DNA of 64,000 nucleotides from Candidatus Aminicenantes bacterium (GTDB lineage Bacteria; Acidobacteriota; Aminicenantia; Aminicenantales; Saccharicenantaceae). Both the position numbers and the translations under genes were made by a program. Position 1 is the first letter of the stretch. Each line of letters begins with the position of its first letter. The stretch is taken from NCBI GenBank assembly GCA_037447475.1, contig JBBIGP010000008.1, forward strand, positions 143 through 64,142, given 5' to 3'. A model generated the notes under the pieces. That model searched no databases. It was not told where the DNA came from and saw nothing but the letters and a program-made list of their open reading frames with translations. Of the stretch, positions 63,945-64,000 are shown piece by piece.

Positions 63945-64000
63945 GCAAGGCGTGGAGGGTGAAGCTGTACTCCTAGTACTGCGAACCCTTCGCAACACGG

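Noticed and set aside
63910-64000. 5' end of tmRNA, RNase P RNA or another known housekeeping RNA
   Set aside because: It has superficial resemblance to the tmRNA 5' region (…GAUUCGACGG…CAAGG.G…). However, the GGGG acceptor start and the UUCGAC core are not matched. The same motif also occurs at 29337, which is inconsistent with a single-copy RNA gene. No GGAAAGUCC-type RNase P element is present.

Overview
Visibly high-GC bacterial chromosomal segment. It is densely packed on both strands with about 58 protein genes, plus the 5' part of a tRNA-Arg(ACG) at the left edge. I found no rRNA, CRISPR array, transposase, integrase or phage genes. Envelope genes (Skp/OmpH, TonB-C domain, pseudopilins, lipoprotein, SPOR, M23) indicate a diderm organism. 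I cannot assign a phylum from sequence alone.

Content:
- Housekeeping core: rpsO-pnp, proS, pcm, coaE, an HU/IHF gene, prfB, ribF, pyrR-pyrC and rnc. prfB carries its classical +1 programmed frameshift, which the ORF track splits.
- A split rhamnose set: rhaB-rhaA, then a GH78 rhamnosidase further downstream.
- Hydrolases: M28, S9, M23, a six-hairpin glycosidase and a metallophosphoesterase.
- A 2x(ATPase+permease) ABC cluster and an NfeD-stomatin-SPOR block.

Many large ORFs in the track are antisense or off-frame shadow ORFs typical of high-GC DNA, and I rejected them. AT-rich islands coincide almost perfectly with near-consensus sigma70-type promoters.

Most unusual observations:
1. A translationally coupled operon of DUF362, a radical SAM enzyme with a twin-arginine leader, and a polytopic spermidine-synthase-like protein.
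2. Three tandem AP/NPP-superfamily paralogues with three different predicted localisations, followed by a tiny RHH protein and an orphan membrane protein.
3. Three small PilZ-like paralogues around an aspartate-less LuxR-type pseudo-response regulator.
4. A 28-nt motif shared by two otherwise unrelated non-coding regions.
5. An AT-rich 31-bp perfect inverted repeat between convergent genes.
6. Several consensus promoters placed so close to start codons that leaderless mRNAs are implied.

All functional calls come from by-eye motif recognition. None has been verified by a database search.
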